DNA of 63,870 nt, filler included, from Cercozoa sp. M6MM (lineage: Eukaryota; Protista; Endomyxa: Ascetosporea): the NCBI GenBank assembly GCA_040357565.1. It is 14 parts of 14 records of this genome, joined end to end, with 100 filler letters (N's around TTAATTAATTAA, not from the genome) between each part and the next. Parts side by side here need not be neighbours in the genome. Positions count along the whole stretch, not along the records: positions 47,438 to 50,885 come from JBDODJ010001453.1; positions 50,986 to 56,998 come from JBDODJ010000803.1; positions 57,099 to 60,059 come from JBDODJ010001663.1; positions 60,160 to 61,319 come from JBDODJ010002141.1; positions 61,420 to 63,870 come from JBDODJ010001763.1; 9 more parts are not named here. One strand, written 5' to 3'. A program made the translations under genes and the position numbers. Positions 50,820 to 63,870 of the stretch are shown here, in pieces. Below the pieces are notes generated by a model. The model was given only the letters and a program-made list of their open reading frames with translations, ran no database searches and was not told where the DNA came from. The first letter of the stretch is position 1. Each line of letters starts with the position of its first letter.

Positions 50820-50985
50820 GTACCTCTCAACGCACATACACCCGCACACACACACTCACACTCACTCACTCACTCACTCACTCACNNNNNNNNNNNNNNN
50901 NNNNNNNNNNNNNNNNNNNNNNNNNNNNNTTAATTAATTAANNNNNNNNNNNNNNNNNNNNNNNNNNNNNNNNNNNNNNNNNNNN

Positions 50986-51034
<49 letters not shown>

Positions 51035-51063
51035 AGATAGGTGTATACAGACAGGGCGGGTAC

Positions 51064-51955
51064 CTGCGCATGCCGCACCTCGCGCACCCCGGCGGCCGCG
51101 CAGACCGAGTACAGTGTGCACCGGCGCTGCAGTCGGCGAAACTGCGCCTCGTCCGCGCTGAAGGCCGCCGAGAACCGCCGCCGCAGACTGACCAGTTCTC
51201 CGGCCAGTCCTCCGGCCGCACTCCCGCCGGCAGCAAGGGTAGTAGTCCCTACACTGCCCTTGTCTACACTGGCACTGTCACTGACCGGGAAGCACGGCCG
51301 CGCGCAAGTGTGGCACCTCGCCTGCGACAGCTCGGCCACGGCGCGCGGCGACGCGGCCTCCGGAGCCTCGGCCGGCTGCCAGCTGTCGCGGCCAAAGTGC
51401 GCGCCGGCGTGCGCCAAGAGACTTGGTGCCGGGTCGTTCTCCGTGGCCGCCATGAAGAAGCGCAGCACGTCGGGCCGCTTCAGGCGCGCCTCCAGCACCA
51501 GTCGCCGCCGCTGCAGCAGGCGCGACACGCGTCGTCCGCGCGGAGGCACCAGGTGGCCGTCCGGCCCGACCAGACCGACGTCGTCCTCGTCGCAGCAGGC
51601 AGCCGCCTCGGGGTCGCCGGACGACGCCGCCGCCACGCGCACGCCCTTCTCAAAGTGAGGCGGCACAAAGCGCCCGTCGCTCAGCTGCGGCGGCAGCACG
51701 GCCTGCGTCTGCCGCTCGGCCACGGCGCTGCGCACGTTGTTGCGCTGCGGCTGCACCAGCGCCTGCAGCACCATCGTGGCCTCGCCCAGCACGTCCATCT
51801 CGTCCGTCAGCGAGCCGCGCCGCTCCGCCAGACTCTCTGTCACACACCATACATACACACACACACACACACACACACACCATACACACACACACAACAC
51901 ACACACACACACACACACACCATACACACACACACACACACGATACACACACACG

Positions 51956-52027
<72 letters not shown>

Positions 52028-52129
52028 ACNNNNNNNNNNNNNNNNNNNNNNNNNNNNNNNNNNNNNNNNNNNNNNNNNNNNNNNNNNNNNNNNNNNNNNN
52101 NNNNNNNNNNNNNNNNNNNNNNNNNNNNN

Positions 52130-52174
<45 letters not shown>

Positions 52175-53084
52175 GACACAGATACAGGAGCGGGATACCC
52201 AGCTGGTCACGCCGCTGGCGCCACCGCTCGATCACCTCGAGGTGCTCCTTGTGCGCCGCCTTGCGCGGCCGGCCGCGTCGCCGCGTGCCGCCGCCTCGAC
52301 CGGCCGCACTGCCTCGACCGCCGCCACGGCGACCGCGCGTGCTGCGCGTGCTACTCCGCGTGGCTGCCGCGCGGACACGCTTCTTGCGTCGCGTCGACGC
52401 CGCCGCTTTCTCCTCAGCCTCAGCCTCTGCCTCGGGCGTCTCCGTGTCCTGCAGCGTGCCCACAAATAAATAATTCTATATATATATATATATACACATG
52501 TGTGTTGATGTGTGCGCATAGAAAGTGACAGAGTGGCACCTCCTCGGACGACGGAGCACCCGGCGCGGCCGACACGTCGGCGTCGACGTTGCGACGGCGC
52601 CGCTTGACGCGCAGCTGCCGGCCGTCGTCGCTGCTGCTGCTGCTGCTGCTGCTGTCGCTGTCGCTGCCATCGCTGCTCTTGTCCCTGTCCTTGTCCTTGG
52701 CCTGGTTCCGGTCCCGGTCCCGGTCCCGATCCTGATCGTGAGCCAGACCCCGGTCCTCGTTGTCATCGCTGCTGCCGGCGTCACTCGGCGTGGCCGGACG
52801 CAGCACGACGTCGCTCACGTCGACGCCGGCAGAGGCCAGTTCATGCCGCGCCTGCTGCACGCGCGGCGCCTCTGCGTGCTGCTGCGCCGCCACGGCCGCC
52901 TGCTGCTCGTCCAGCTCGCGCTGCTGCCGCTCGATGCGCTCGGCTGCGTCGCGCAGGTGCGTGCGCAGTGCACCCAGGTCGTGGAACGCCGACGACACCG
53001 GCGCCTGCGCCTTGGTGATGCGGCCCACCGGCGTCGCCACCGACACGCGGTTGCCGCCGTCGCCACCAACGCCGACACTGTTCG

Positions 53085-53121
<37 letters not shown>

Positions 53122-53609
53122 ATTGCTGTTGTTGCTGTTGTTGTCGGAGGAGGTCGCCTGCGCGTGACTGCTGTTGGACGTCACCACCAGCGAGCGTGAC
53201 GTCGCCGCCGACAGCGTCACCGACACCTTGCTCTTCTTGCGGCCGCGTCGCTTCGTCTGCGACGCCGTTGTACTGCACATATGCCATGCGTTAGAATAGG
53301 GGGTCGGGTAGGGGTAAAGGGCTAGGGGTACGACTGTCCCTCCAGCGCTGCCTTGCGCTGCCTCGCCAGGAAGCGATCCATCTTGGGCGCCTGCACGCCG
53401 CTCACAAAGGCCACGATGGCCGCCGCCGCCGCATTGAAGCGCACCTTGGCGTTCTGGTGCAGCACCTTGCGCGTGCGCTCGCGCTCCTGCCGCAGCTTCT
53501 CGTCGATCGCGTTGAGCTGACTCAGGTAGGCGTCCACCACATTCTTGGCCGACTTGACGCGCGAACGGTGCGTGCCCTGTCGGCACAGCGACCACCTCAC
53601 GTACACATC

Positions 53610-53662
<53 letters not shown>

Positions 53663-54205
53663 ACACACACAGACACACACACAGACACACATATATACAG
53701 ACACACAGACACACAGACACAGACACACAAACAAGGACAGGGCGGCGCACCATGTTGACGAACAGTCGACTCGACGCGGGCGGCGCGTGGTGCGTGGTCG
53801 CCGCCGTCGACAGCGCCGTCGCAGAGACCGCGCCAGTCGAGCGCGCCGTCGTCGAGGCCAGTGTCCCTCCTGACACGGCCACGTCGCCCAGATCCAGCGA
53901 CGCCGCCGTCGCCGCCAGCGCCGCGTTCTTCTTGTGCTTGGGCTTGCCCGGCTTGGCCGCCTTGGGCTTGGCTGCCTTGGGCTTGCTGCGTCGCGCGCCG
54001 CCCGCCACCTGGCTCTTGTCGTCACTGCGCCGCCGCCCGGCCTTGGGCTTGCTGTTGCCGCCGCGCGGCTTGGCCTCGCCCGTCGCGCCCTCGCTCGCGA
54101 AACGCAGCGAGTGCTCGCAGCCGCGCCGCTTGCACACCAGGCAGTAGAAGTACTTGCGCACGCGCTGTCCAACACACACACATACATACATACACACACA
54201 TACAC

Positions 54206-54236
<31 letters not shown>

Positions 54237-56909
54237 GCACAGATATACACCCCATACACACACATATACACCCCCTACACACACTAGTAGAGGCAGGCTA
54301 CCTTGAGCGCACTGGACAGCTCGCGCGCGCGCGACTCCATGAGGCGCACGGCGGCGTCGGCGTCGGCGGCCACTGAGTGCTCCGTGCTGGTGCTGCTGCG
54401 CCGGGCGGCACCTTCGGCCAGCATGCCGCGCACCTCCGTGTCCGAGAAGAGCTCGTCATCCCAGAGACGCTCCAGGCGCTGCGCCGTCTCAGCCAGGTTG
54501 TGGTGCAGACGCCGCTGCAGCAGCCACAACTCCTGCCACACCACACACACACACACACACACATATACATATATATATATATATATATGTCTTTATACTA
54601 TATGTGTGTCTATATACATATGAATGTAGAGGAGGTACATGAGACACGTCGTCGAGCGGCTCTCCGTGCTGAAAGGCGCGCGACTCGCCCGGCAGCGGCG
54701 GCAGGATGCGCGCCTCGTGCACCTCCATCGACAGCTCGTAGGACCCACTGACGTCGCTACTCTGCGCGTGCGACAGGTTCACAATCTGCCACACACACAC
54801 ACATCACATACCTATGGACACATATATATATATATATGCAGATACACACACACACACATGTACACACAAAGCGGGCTACCTGAGCCGAGTTCTGCGTGTC
54901 CTGGCGGTGGCGTCGCAGCGTTGCGCGGCGGAAGGCCTCGCTGCCGGCGTAGTTCTCGGCCGGCGAGCTCCACTGCTCGCTCGACTTGTCGCACAGCGGG
55001 TGGTACTGCTGCACCGGCAGGATGAAGCGCCGACTCGACGTGCCCCACAGTCCCAGTGCGTACGCATGCGACTCTCTGACACACAGATACATTTACAGAG
55101 ACATGTATACGTGTATATATGTATCCCTATAGTGGTGCTACCGCATCGAGCGCAGTCCCAGTAGTCGCTGGCGCGCCGAAGACGCGCGCACCTCAATGTT
55201 CATGCTGCCGACACGCTGCCCGCTGCGCGTCATGACGCGACTCTCCTGCGCCGCCGTCTCGCGTACTGAGTCCTGCGGCCGCTTGCCCGGTCGCTTGCCC
55301 GGCCGCTTGCCGGCGCTCTTGCCGCCGTTCGACGGCGACAACGACGCGCCGCGCCGCCGCAGCTCCACGCGCACGCGCACCTGCAGCGCCACCGGCGCGA
55401 ACAGCGGCACCTCGTGTGCCGGCAGCAGCGACTGCGTCGTCACCGTCGTGCCCGTGGTGGCACCCGTCGTTGCCGTCAGTGCCGTCGGCGAGTGCGAGTG
55501 CGAATGCGAGTGCGAGAGGGAGCCCGTCGTGTACGGCGGCGTGTGCTGTAGTCGCTGCTCTTGCTGCGACTGGTAGGTCGGCGTGCCGGCCGGCGACGAG
55601 GCCGGCGACGAGGTGCGCGAGCTCGGCACCAGAGGCGGCGCCAGCACCCACGCAATGTCGCCGCCCTCGGTGCTCTCGACGTGCACCACCGGCGACTCCT
55701 CCAGGGCCGACGCCGCATGCGGTCCCAGCGGCGGCACACGCTGCAGCTCGTGTCGCAGCTGCCGCATCTGCCGCACCTCCTTCTCCGTGGCCTCGCGCTT
55801 TTCCCTGTGTTGACACATAGACACATAGACACAGCACACATACTACACACACGCAGAGACAGCACACACACAGGGAGACAAGGCAAGGGGGACAGCCTAC
55901 TTGACCAGCGCGAGTTCCTGCAGCAGCGTGCGCGGCGCCACGAACGGTTCGAGGTCGCGCCACATCTTGTCGCACGTCTTCTGCGCGTCGCTCAGCTGCG
56001 AGGACGGAATGATGCCGACGCCGTCATACGTGCTGCGTGACGACGACGTCGTCACTGGCACACCACTGTCACACACGCACGGGTACACAAAGGTACACAT
56101 AGACACACACGCACACACGCACACACACACACGCACACACACACACGCACACACACAGGTACACACAGACACACAGACACATAGACACACATACAGATAC
56201 ACAGACACACAGACACACAGACACAGACACACAGACACATAGACACACAGACATACAGATACACAGACACACAGACACAGACACACAGACACAGACACAC
56301 AGACACAAATTCAGGGGTCAGAGAGGCCGTACGGTGTGGCAAACGTCGCCTCGGCCACGCGGCGCTCGCAGGCCGCCGAGCAGAGCCATGACGACGATGG
56401 CACCTTGTCGAGGCCCTTGCACCGCAGGTGGTACGCGCGGTTGCACTGATCGCAGAACACCTGGCACAGCACAACACACAGCAGAGTCAGATACACCCAG
56501 TCTAGTCGGTACCAAGAGGGTACCAGCACATTGTCCTTGGTGGTGGTGGATTCGTTGCACTTGGCGCACGCGTCCGACTCGCCAAAGCCCGCGTAGCCAG
56601 CGCGCAGGGCACCTTGTAGGAAGCGCGCCTGCTGACGGTCCCTGCGGGCGACACGACGCGCCAGTTCGCGCCTGCACCGACACGCACACACAGACGTACA
56701 CACAGTATATATACACACAGCATACATACATACACGCACATGCACATGCACATGCACATGCACACACATGCGCAGGCAGGCTGGAACACGCACCGTTCGG
56801 AGGAGTCGAGTGACTCCTGCTCGGCGCCGTCACTGCCAGAGTCGTGCTCGCCCAAGGGTCGTCGCCTCGCACGTCTCTCTCGCAGGTCCGACTCGGCATC
56901 GGTCTGGAC
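51064..56909 (-). CDS. Large PHD-finger chromatin-type protein, internal fragment
   Basis: [15 protein letters not shown]|[31 protein letters not shown] (PHD), a further [11 protein letters not shown] motif, poly-N/poly-S tracts and (TG)n-filled introns. May represent more than one gene. Confidence 0.65.
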
Positions 56910-56950
56910 AAGGCAAAGGTGTATACATGCTGGACACATATAGCAGCATG

Positions 56951-56998
<48 letters not shown>

Positions 56999-57098
56999 NN
57001 NNNNNNNNNNNNNNNNNNNNNNNNNNNNNNNNNNNNNNNNNNTTAATTAATTAANNNNNNNNNNNNNNNNNNNNNNNNNNNNNNNNNNNNNNNNNNNN

Positions 57099-57139
<41 letters not shown>

Positions 57140-57144
57140 ACGTA

Positions 57145-58933
57145 CTCTTGTTCTTGGAGCCCATGGAGGCGGCACGAGCGGCCTCGATGGCCGCGACGGC
57201 TTTGTGCCTGGCAGGCGCAATCTCCGACATGGCCTTCTGCATGGCCGTCATGCTGCACGACTGCCGCCGCCGCAGTTCCGCCAACTCCGCCTGGAGGGAG
57301 AGTAAAAGGGATAAGGGTAAGGCTGAGGGTAGGGGGGGGGGGTAGGGGTAAAGCACACCTCGGAGCGCTGCTGGAACTCGAGCGCCGGTTCGGCCACCTT
57401 CTCAACGAGCACGTCGAGCACCTGACCCTGCAGCTGCGCCGGCGCCAGCACCGCTCGCTGGAAGGCGCGCAGCAACTCGTTCGTGCGCACCATGCCATCT
57501 AAGGACAGAAGGTACATGGTAAAGGGGTAAAGATAGACATAAAGAGGCAAACACCTTCGCGATGACGTGCCATTTTCTCGTGCTCGGTACCAAAAAGAGT
57601 CTGACCGGGAGAGGGGGTAAAGAGAGTAAGGGGTAGGCGGGGGAGGGGAAACTACCTCAACCTGCCGCACGTACTGCTCTTGCAGCGTTTGCATTTTCGT
57701 CAGCAGTTTCCGAATGCGTCGCAGCGTGAACAAACCGTCCTCCATCTACGGGGGGGGGGGGGGGGCCCCCCCCCCCCCCCCCCCCCCCCGCCCCCCCGGT
57801 AAACCTGCTCAAAGGCGACATCGGGCGGCACGGCAGTGAAAGGTTCTTCGCCAGCGAGGGCAGTGTTGCCGCCTGAGAACACTGGCGTCTGTTGTTGTTC
57901 TTGTTGTTGTTGTTCTTGTTGTTGTTGTTGATTCTCTTCGACCTGTTCGGAGTCCTCCTGACTCTGACTCCGACTGTGACTATACACACACGTGCACACT
58001 GACTAGCTGACTGACCAGATCACTGAGCAAATGGACACGTGGCTCAAGTCAAGTGTACACTGATCGCGACGGTTTCGGCGGCAGTGACACCATCGCTGCC
58101 ACCGACGCACGCGGGATCTCCTACTCACGGGGGGGGGGGGTAAGGGTAAAGGGCAAGCGGTGAAGGGGGTTAGGGGGGATAAGAGGATGTAAGGGGGTAA
58201 AGGAGGGGGTAAAGGGGTAAGGGGTACACTGCGGGATGGTCGCGGTGGCGGCGCACGCGACATTCGCGGCTGCATTGGCGGCTCCTCTTCCTCGCGATGC
58301 TACTTGGGGGAAGTAAAGGGGATAAAAGGGGATAAAGGGGGATAAAAAGGGGGATAAAACGTGTGGGTACCGAGGCATTGGCGACAGCAGCGACGGCGAC
58401 AGGCGGCGGCGGCGGTGGCGTGCTCGTGCGCATCTCTGCACAACGCAGTTTTACCCCCCCCCCCCTATCCCCCTGTGGTGTTGGTACGGAGAGGAGGCGG
58501 CGGCGGCTGCGAGTGCGACGACTGCGTCGTGTATCCTGCTTCGCTGTCCTGCCAGGATGTAACGGGAGAGATAAAGGGGTGAGGTATAGGGGGGGGGGGG
58601 GTAAACTACCAGATCGCACTCGTGCGGCGGCGACTCGTAGTCTTCGTCGGACGAGATGTAGCTGTCGTAGCTCTCACCAGCAGCAGTCACTGGCGGCTCA
58701 GCCTCCGCGCGGAAGGACGGTGACGGCACGTCAAAAAAGGAGTCACGTCCAGTCGTCTGAGTCAGTTGTTGCTGCTCGTGCATGTGCTGGTAGTACTCGC
58801 TACTGCTGCTGCTGCTACTGCTGCCGCTGTATCTGTGTGCCTCCTCCAGGAAGGTCCCCTCCGGGTAGACCTCGTCGGCCGGCGGAGGCGGCAGCGACGG
58901 CAGCGGCGGCGGAGGAGGCGGCGGTGTACTCAT
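57145..58933 (-). CDS. Proline-rich protein with probable F-BAR domain (3' truncated)
   Basis: MSTPPPPP start, followed by helical AFEQ|MEDGLFTLRRIRKLLTKMQTLQEQYVRQV...VLVEKVAEPALEFQ resembling FCH/F-BAR. Confidence 0.55.
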
Positions 58934-59401
58934 CCTTCAAAACCAACACACACGCAACATTTTTGTTTTTGCCCAGCCAGCTTCAGCAAAACGGAAACTC
59001 ACACAAATGCAAAACAACACTCTGCTGCCACTCTGCTGCCACCAAATTGCTCTTTTAGCCACTAAAACGGCGTAAATATTGCCATCTCACATGCTCACGC
59101 ACAGTCAGAGCCAGCGATCGCTCCGATTGGGAGAACGTGAGACACGAGAACAAACATCTGGGCCTACCCACGCCTTTCCGCTCGTCAGGACGATAACGTG
59201 TAGTTATGCAGCCTTGGCACAGACCAGCACACGATATGTAGATGAGACCTCTGACCATGGTGGCGTGTGTCCACATGTGGGACAACTGGACCACATCATT
59301 GGACGAATGTTTAAACATCGCACACCGCTCGACGTCGTGCAAAGTTCATCCCAGAAAGCCCGCGCGGTGTATTACTGAGATCACGACGTAGGAATCGCAC
59401 A

Positions 59402-59994
59402 ATGGCCGAGGTGAAATCGCATCTCATTTTATGATCTGGGTGGCTGATGTTGTGCACAGGAGACGCTGAAGACGTACACGGCCGACGAGGTCGCCAAGCA
59501 CAACACCGAGCAGGACTGTTGGATCATTCTCGATGGTATTGTTGCAGTACGTGAGCGTGTGTGTGTATGTGTATGTGTCTGTGTATGTGTATGTGCATGT
59601 GTGTATGTGTCTGTGTGTATGTGTATGTGTGTGTAGTGTATGTATATGTGTGTGTATGTGTGTATGTTTATGTGTGTGCAGGCAAGGTGTACGACGTGAC
59701 GAAGTTTTTGGACGACCACCCGGGTGGTGCCGACACGATTCTTGACTTTGCCGGCGAGGACTCCACGGAGGCTTTCGAGGAGATCTTCCACTCGTAGCTC
59801 TTCTTTTCACTCTCTGAGCACTTATCTTTTGTGCTCGCTTGCTTGTCTCATTAGTGACTGACTGGTTTGAACTGCAGCGAGAAGGCGCGCCAGCAGGCCG
59901 AGGAGTACCTGATCGGCAAGCTCGAAGGCGGCAGCAAGAAGACGACCAAGTCCGCCGGCGCTTCCACCTCATCCTTCCTCATGCTTGCCCTGCC
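59402..59994 (+). CDS. CYB5: Cytochrome b5 (3' truncated)
   Basis: [17 protein letters not shown]|[37 protein letters not shown]. Confidence 0.95.
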
Positions 59995-60003
59995 GTATCC
60001 TCT

Positions 60004-60059
<56 letters not shown>

Positions 60060-60159
60060 NNNNNNNNNNNNNNNNNNNNNNNNNNNNNNNNNNNNNNNNN
60101 NNNTTAATTAATTAANNNNNNNNNNNNNNNNNNNNNNNNNNNNNNNNNNNNNNNNNNNN

Positions 60160-61319
60160 AAAACACCTGCAGCACACGCCGCCGCAGCGGCAGCACAACG
60201 ACGCGTTCGACGCAGTTTTCGACGATTCGCGCCACGACTTCGGAATTGTTGTTTTCGATGTTGTTGTTTCTGCTGTCGCTGTTGTTGTTTTCCTTGTTGT
60301 TGTTTTCCTCCTTGTTGTTTTCCTTGTTGTTGTTTTGACAGTTCGCGTCGCCGCCCGAGTGACGCAGCAACAGCGACAATTGCGTTCCCTGTCGAAGATC
60401 GGCCATTTTACCCCCCTGTTTACCCCCCTGTTTACCCCCTCCCCCCAGGCGAAGGTACATGTTCCTGCAGCGTGTGCTGCTTGAGTGCGTCCATAAAGGT
60501 GCGCATGGCCTGTCCAAACAGAGGAACATAAGTAAAAAGGTGGCTACAATTAAGTGTGTGTGTGGCTACAATTAAGTGTGTGGCTACAATTAAGGAACCG
60601 TAATGGCAGCGACGCCTTTCTTCTCCTGTCGGCCGAACTCTTTGTGAACGAAGCGATGTCGCGCGCGGCCTTCGTCCGTCTCCGACGACNNNNNNNNNNN
60701 NNNNNNNNNNNNNNNNNNNNNNNNNNNNNNNNNNNNNNNNNNNNNNNNNNNNNNNNNNNNNNNNNNNNNNNNNNNNNNNNNNNNNNNNNAAAACACCTGC
60801 AGCACACGCCGCCGCAGCGGCAGCACAACGACGCGTTCGACGCAGTTTTCGACGATTCGCGCCACGACTTCGGAATTGTTGTTTTCGATGTTGTTGTTTC
60901 TGCTGTCGCTGTTGTTGTTTTCCTTGTTGTTGTTTTCCTCCTTGTTGTTTTCCTTGTTGTTGTTTTGACAGTTCGCGTCGCCGCCCGAGTGACGCAGCAA
61001 CAGCGACAATTGCGTTCCCTGTCGAAGATCGGCCATTTTACCCCCCTGTTTACCCCCCTGTTTACCCCCTCCCCCCAGGCGAAGGTACATGTTCCTGCAG
61101 CGTGTGCTGCTTGAGTGCGTCCATAAAGGTGCGCATGGCCTGTCCAAACAGAGGAACATAAGTAAAAAGGTGGCTACAATTAAGTGTGTGTGTGGCTACA
61201 ATTAAGTGTGTGGCTACAATTAAGGAACCGTAATGGCAGCGACGCCTTTCTTCTCCTGTCGGCCGAACTCTTTGTGAACGAAGCGATGTCGCGCGCGGCC
61301 TTCGTCCGTCTCCGACGAC
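60160..61319. repeat. Exact duplication (60160-60689 = 60790-61319) across a 100-N gap, containing minus-strand exons of an Asn-rich protein
   Basis: Two identical copies. Exons include AMRTFMDALKQHTLQEH and IVENCVERVVVLPL. Confidence 0.8.
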
Positions 61320-61450
61320 NNNNNNNNNNNNNNNNNNNNNNNNNNNNNNNNNNNNNNNNNNNNTTAATTAATTAANNNNNNNNNNNNNNNNNNNNNNNNN
61401 NNNNNNNNNNNNNNNNNNNCGGGGCCCTTGAGGCCTATGGAAAGAGTACG

Positions 61451-61627
61451 CTCGCCTGACACGTGCATGGCGGAGAAGATATGCACAGTGCCACCGGCCT
61501 CGCGCACGTTGTTGACCAAGGCGATGTAGGACTTGCGCGTTGGCACATCGGCCGCGCGGAACAAGGCGTCCGACAGTAGCAGGGTGTCGATGGCCTACAC
61601 AGGGTGTGTACCACTAAAGATACTGTG

Positions 61628-61684
<57 letters not shown>

Positions 61685-62327
61685 ACAGCAGGGTGTCGGT
61701 GCGCAGTCGCACCTGGAGCGAGGCAGCGTATCGCACGTCCTTGGCGCCGTACCACGCGCGCGATGGCTCGCGATTCATGGTCTCGAAGAAGCTCTGCAGT
61801 GCCTCGACCTCGGCGGCCACCTTGGTGTCCGACACCTGCGCAGCCACGGCCTCATCCGACAGCACCTGTCGGATGGCGTGTTTGTGTCCGCTACTCGAGT
61901 GTGTCAGCAGGACCTGCAACGTCCCAGTAGCAGAGTATCAGGGTGCTAACAGGTGTGTGGGAGGAAGGGGACGGCTCTACCTTGCGCTGCTGCTTGCGGA
62001 GTTCGAGCAGCGCCTTGTCGTCGGTGGCGCCCGCCATTCGATGCTTGCAGAACGTCCAGAAGTCGTCCTGAGTGTCTTATTCCAATAAAGAGGCGAGGAG
62101 CACAGTTAGGGAAAGTGTCGGCACCTTGACAAATCCAGGCGAAGCAATGACGAGACACTTGACAATGTCGAGATTGACATGCCGCAACACGGCCTCCAGC
62201 ACGGCCGCGAAGAAACGCTCCGTTGCTTTGTCATGTCGCGAGGCACTGCCGACACGCTTGCGCGGGATGTTCTGTGTGCCGTCACAAGGGACAACAGTGA
62301 CATGTCACAACAGGGACACACACACAC

Positions 62328-62381
<54 letters not shown>

Positions 62382-63445
62382 ACACAGACACAGACACAGA
62401 CACAGACAGACACAGACACACAGACACAGACACAGACACACAGACACAGACACAGACACAGACACGAGGTACCATGTCGATCTTGGCACGCACTTGTGTC
62501 ATGTGCGAGGTCAACAAGGCCAGGTGTGCGAGACCTGCACAGTGTGTACCGATGTATATATCCACAGTCACACAGAGAAGTATCACAGGGAAGGAACACA
62601 CCTCTCTCCATCACAAGTACTGCCAGGTCGGCCCGCCGCGACACGTCGACCGAGTCCCTAAGTCAAGCCTTAAATCACCCCCTAAACCAACCGGCCCATA
62701 CAACGGTCCCTTGCCCCTCCAGTTGCTTCGACCTTGACCATTCTTCTAAACGACGCACCTCACACGCTCTCGATGCAGGGCGTCCCATTCGTTCTTGTGG
62801 ATCGAGAAGGCTCGCTCCTACAACAGGCATACCCTTGTCTTGAACCAGACTAGACTGACACATGTCTACGCACATGTCTGCACACACACAGGGTACCGGT
62901 GCCAGTTCGAGCGTGTGGTGCTGTCCCACGGCGACGAATTTGTTCTCGCGACTCACGCTGCCGCCGATTCGCAGTCGACAGCCCTCAGCATCAAAGTCCA
63001 CCTGTACATACCGCATACGACACAGCACATATCCATTAACGGGGGGGGGGGGGGTACATTATCAACGCGCACAGTGAGCTTCAGCTTCTTTTTGTCGGTC
63101 TGGACAGTGCCCGTGGCGCCCACACGTCGCACCTAACGTCAAAATTACAATAGAAAGACACTTGCACACACATTTAGCAGTCGGCACACCTTGCGGAAGG
63201 TGGTGGCAGTGACCTCGTCGCCCACACTCACGAGGTTGTACACGTGCCACATGTCCTCTGCGTGTATTAGTTTGCTGTGTGCCCAAATCGACAGGTATGT
63301 GACACACCTGGCTGCTCGGCAATGAGGCGCACGCTGCCTTCCTCATTTTCGCCTGCAAACACGCCCACCTCACCAGGCACACCCAACACCAGACTCTTTC
63401 AAGATTCACAAAAAACGCACGCGGAAGTCCACTTTGTAGCTTCAT
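61451..63445 (-). CDS. PELO: Pelota/Dom34 ribosome rescue factor (3' truncated)
   Basis: [74 protein letters not shown] and [10 protein letters not shown]. Confidence 0.95.
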
Positions 63446-63870
63446 GATTGCGCGAGCACACGACCAAGGTGATTTGTGTGGCTTCCTTATCGATTCAACG
63501 CACGCAAAAATTGCAAGCAACAAATATTAAAGTAGCCACGGATCAAAAACAACGCGAACGTCGACTTTGCACCAGTCTGGAGGTGGTTTCACTATCCATA
63601 GGTAACCAATATGTAGGCCACGGAACTTTTATTTTTACTGTGCCGATCGAGCGGTTCAGTCGCGGTACAGGCCGCCTGGGGCTGCCAAAACTGTTGAGGT
63701 TTTTTGTGTACTGTGTTGCAGGTTTTGCAAATTTGCCCTGTGGTTGCATTGTTGTGATGATCTTTGCCTTTTTCGCAGCAACAACGAATGTCGGCAACGT
63801 CGAGTGACGGCGTCTTTCTTTCCAGCGACGTGCTGAACGCTGCCGTTCGGTTGCAGGAGGTAAAACACAC

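Noticed and set aside
50938-56998. Numerous long overlapping ORFs rich in CVCVCV or HTHTHT
   Set aside because: These are translations of intronic (TG)n/(CA)n microsatellites and antisense shadows of GC-rich exons.
59055-59378. ORFs between the F-BAR-like and cytochrome b5 genes
   Set aside because: No recognisable motif or splice support; probably a divergent promoter region.
60160-61319. Direct repeat of 530 bp as an LTR pair
   Set aside because: Identical copies flank a 100-N gap, contain ordinary exons and show no retroelement features.

Overview
This window is eukaryotic (protist-like) genomic DNA. It consists of about 14 separate scaffolds joined by artificial 100-nt N-spacers that carry TTAATTAATTAA, so adjacency across spacers is meaningless. 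The genome is gene-dense and very intron-rich, mostly short GT-AG introns of about 50-65 nt, many swollen by simple repeats. It uses the standard genetic code. I assembled gene models by hand-splicing and assigned families from recalled motifs; no database search was run. Recognisable genes include DPH6, UAP1, pelota, PRP3, MZT1, cytochrome b5, TFIIA large subunit, a xanthine dehydrogenase N-terminus, ferlin(s), a VPS9 GEF, and CBS-domain, aftiphilin-like, GST, SF1 helicase, myosin, alpha-kinase, PHD-finger and F-BAR proteins. The most notable observations are: (1) an RNase H1 with a mitochondrial-type presequence and a SAP domain inserted inside its catalytic domain on a symmetric 303-nt exon; (2) a 2.1-kb Tc1/mariner-type element with perfect 27-bp TIRs, TA duplication, an intron-containing internally deleted transposase and a possible second convergent spliced gene; (3) a 60-aa mitoregulin-like microprotein invisible in the ORF track; (4) an EF-hand/NPHP1-like protein; (5) a helicase-to-GST chimeric exon; (6) a CaaX-tailed alpha-kinase; and (7) gene-specific, telomere-like G/C-rich repeats in introns.
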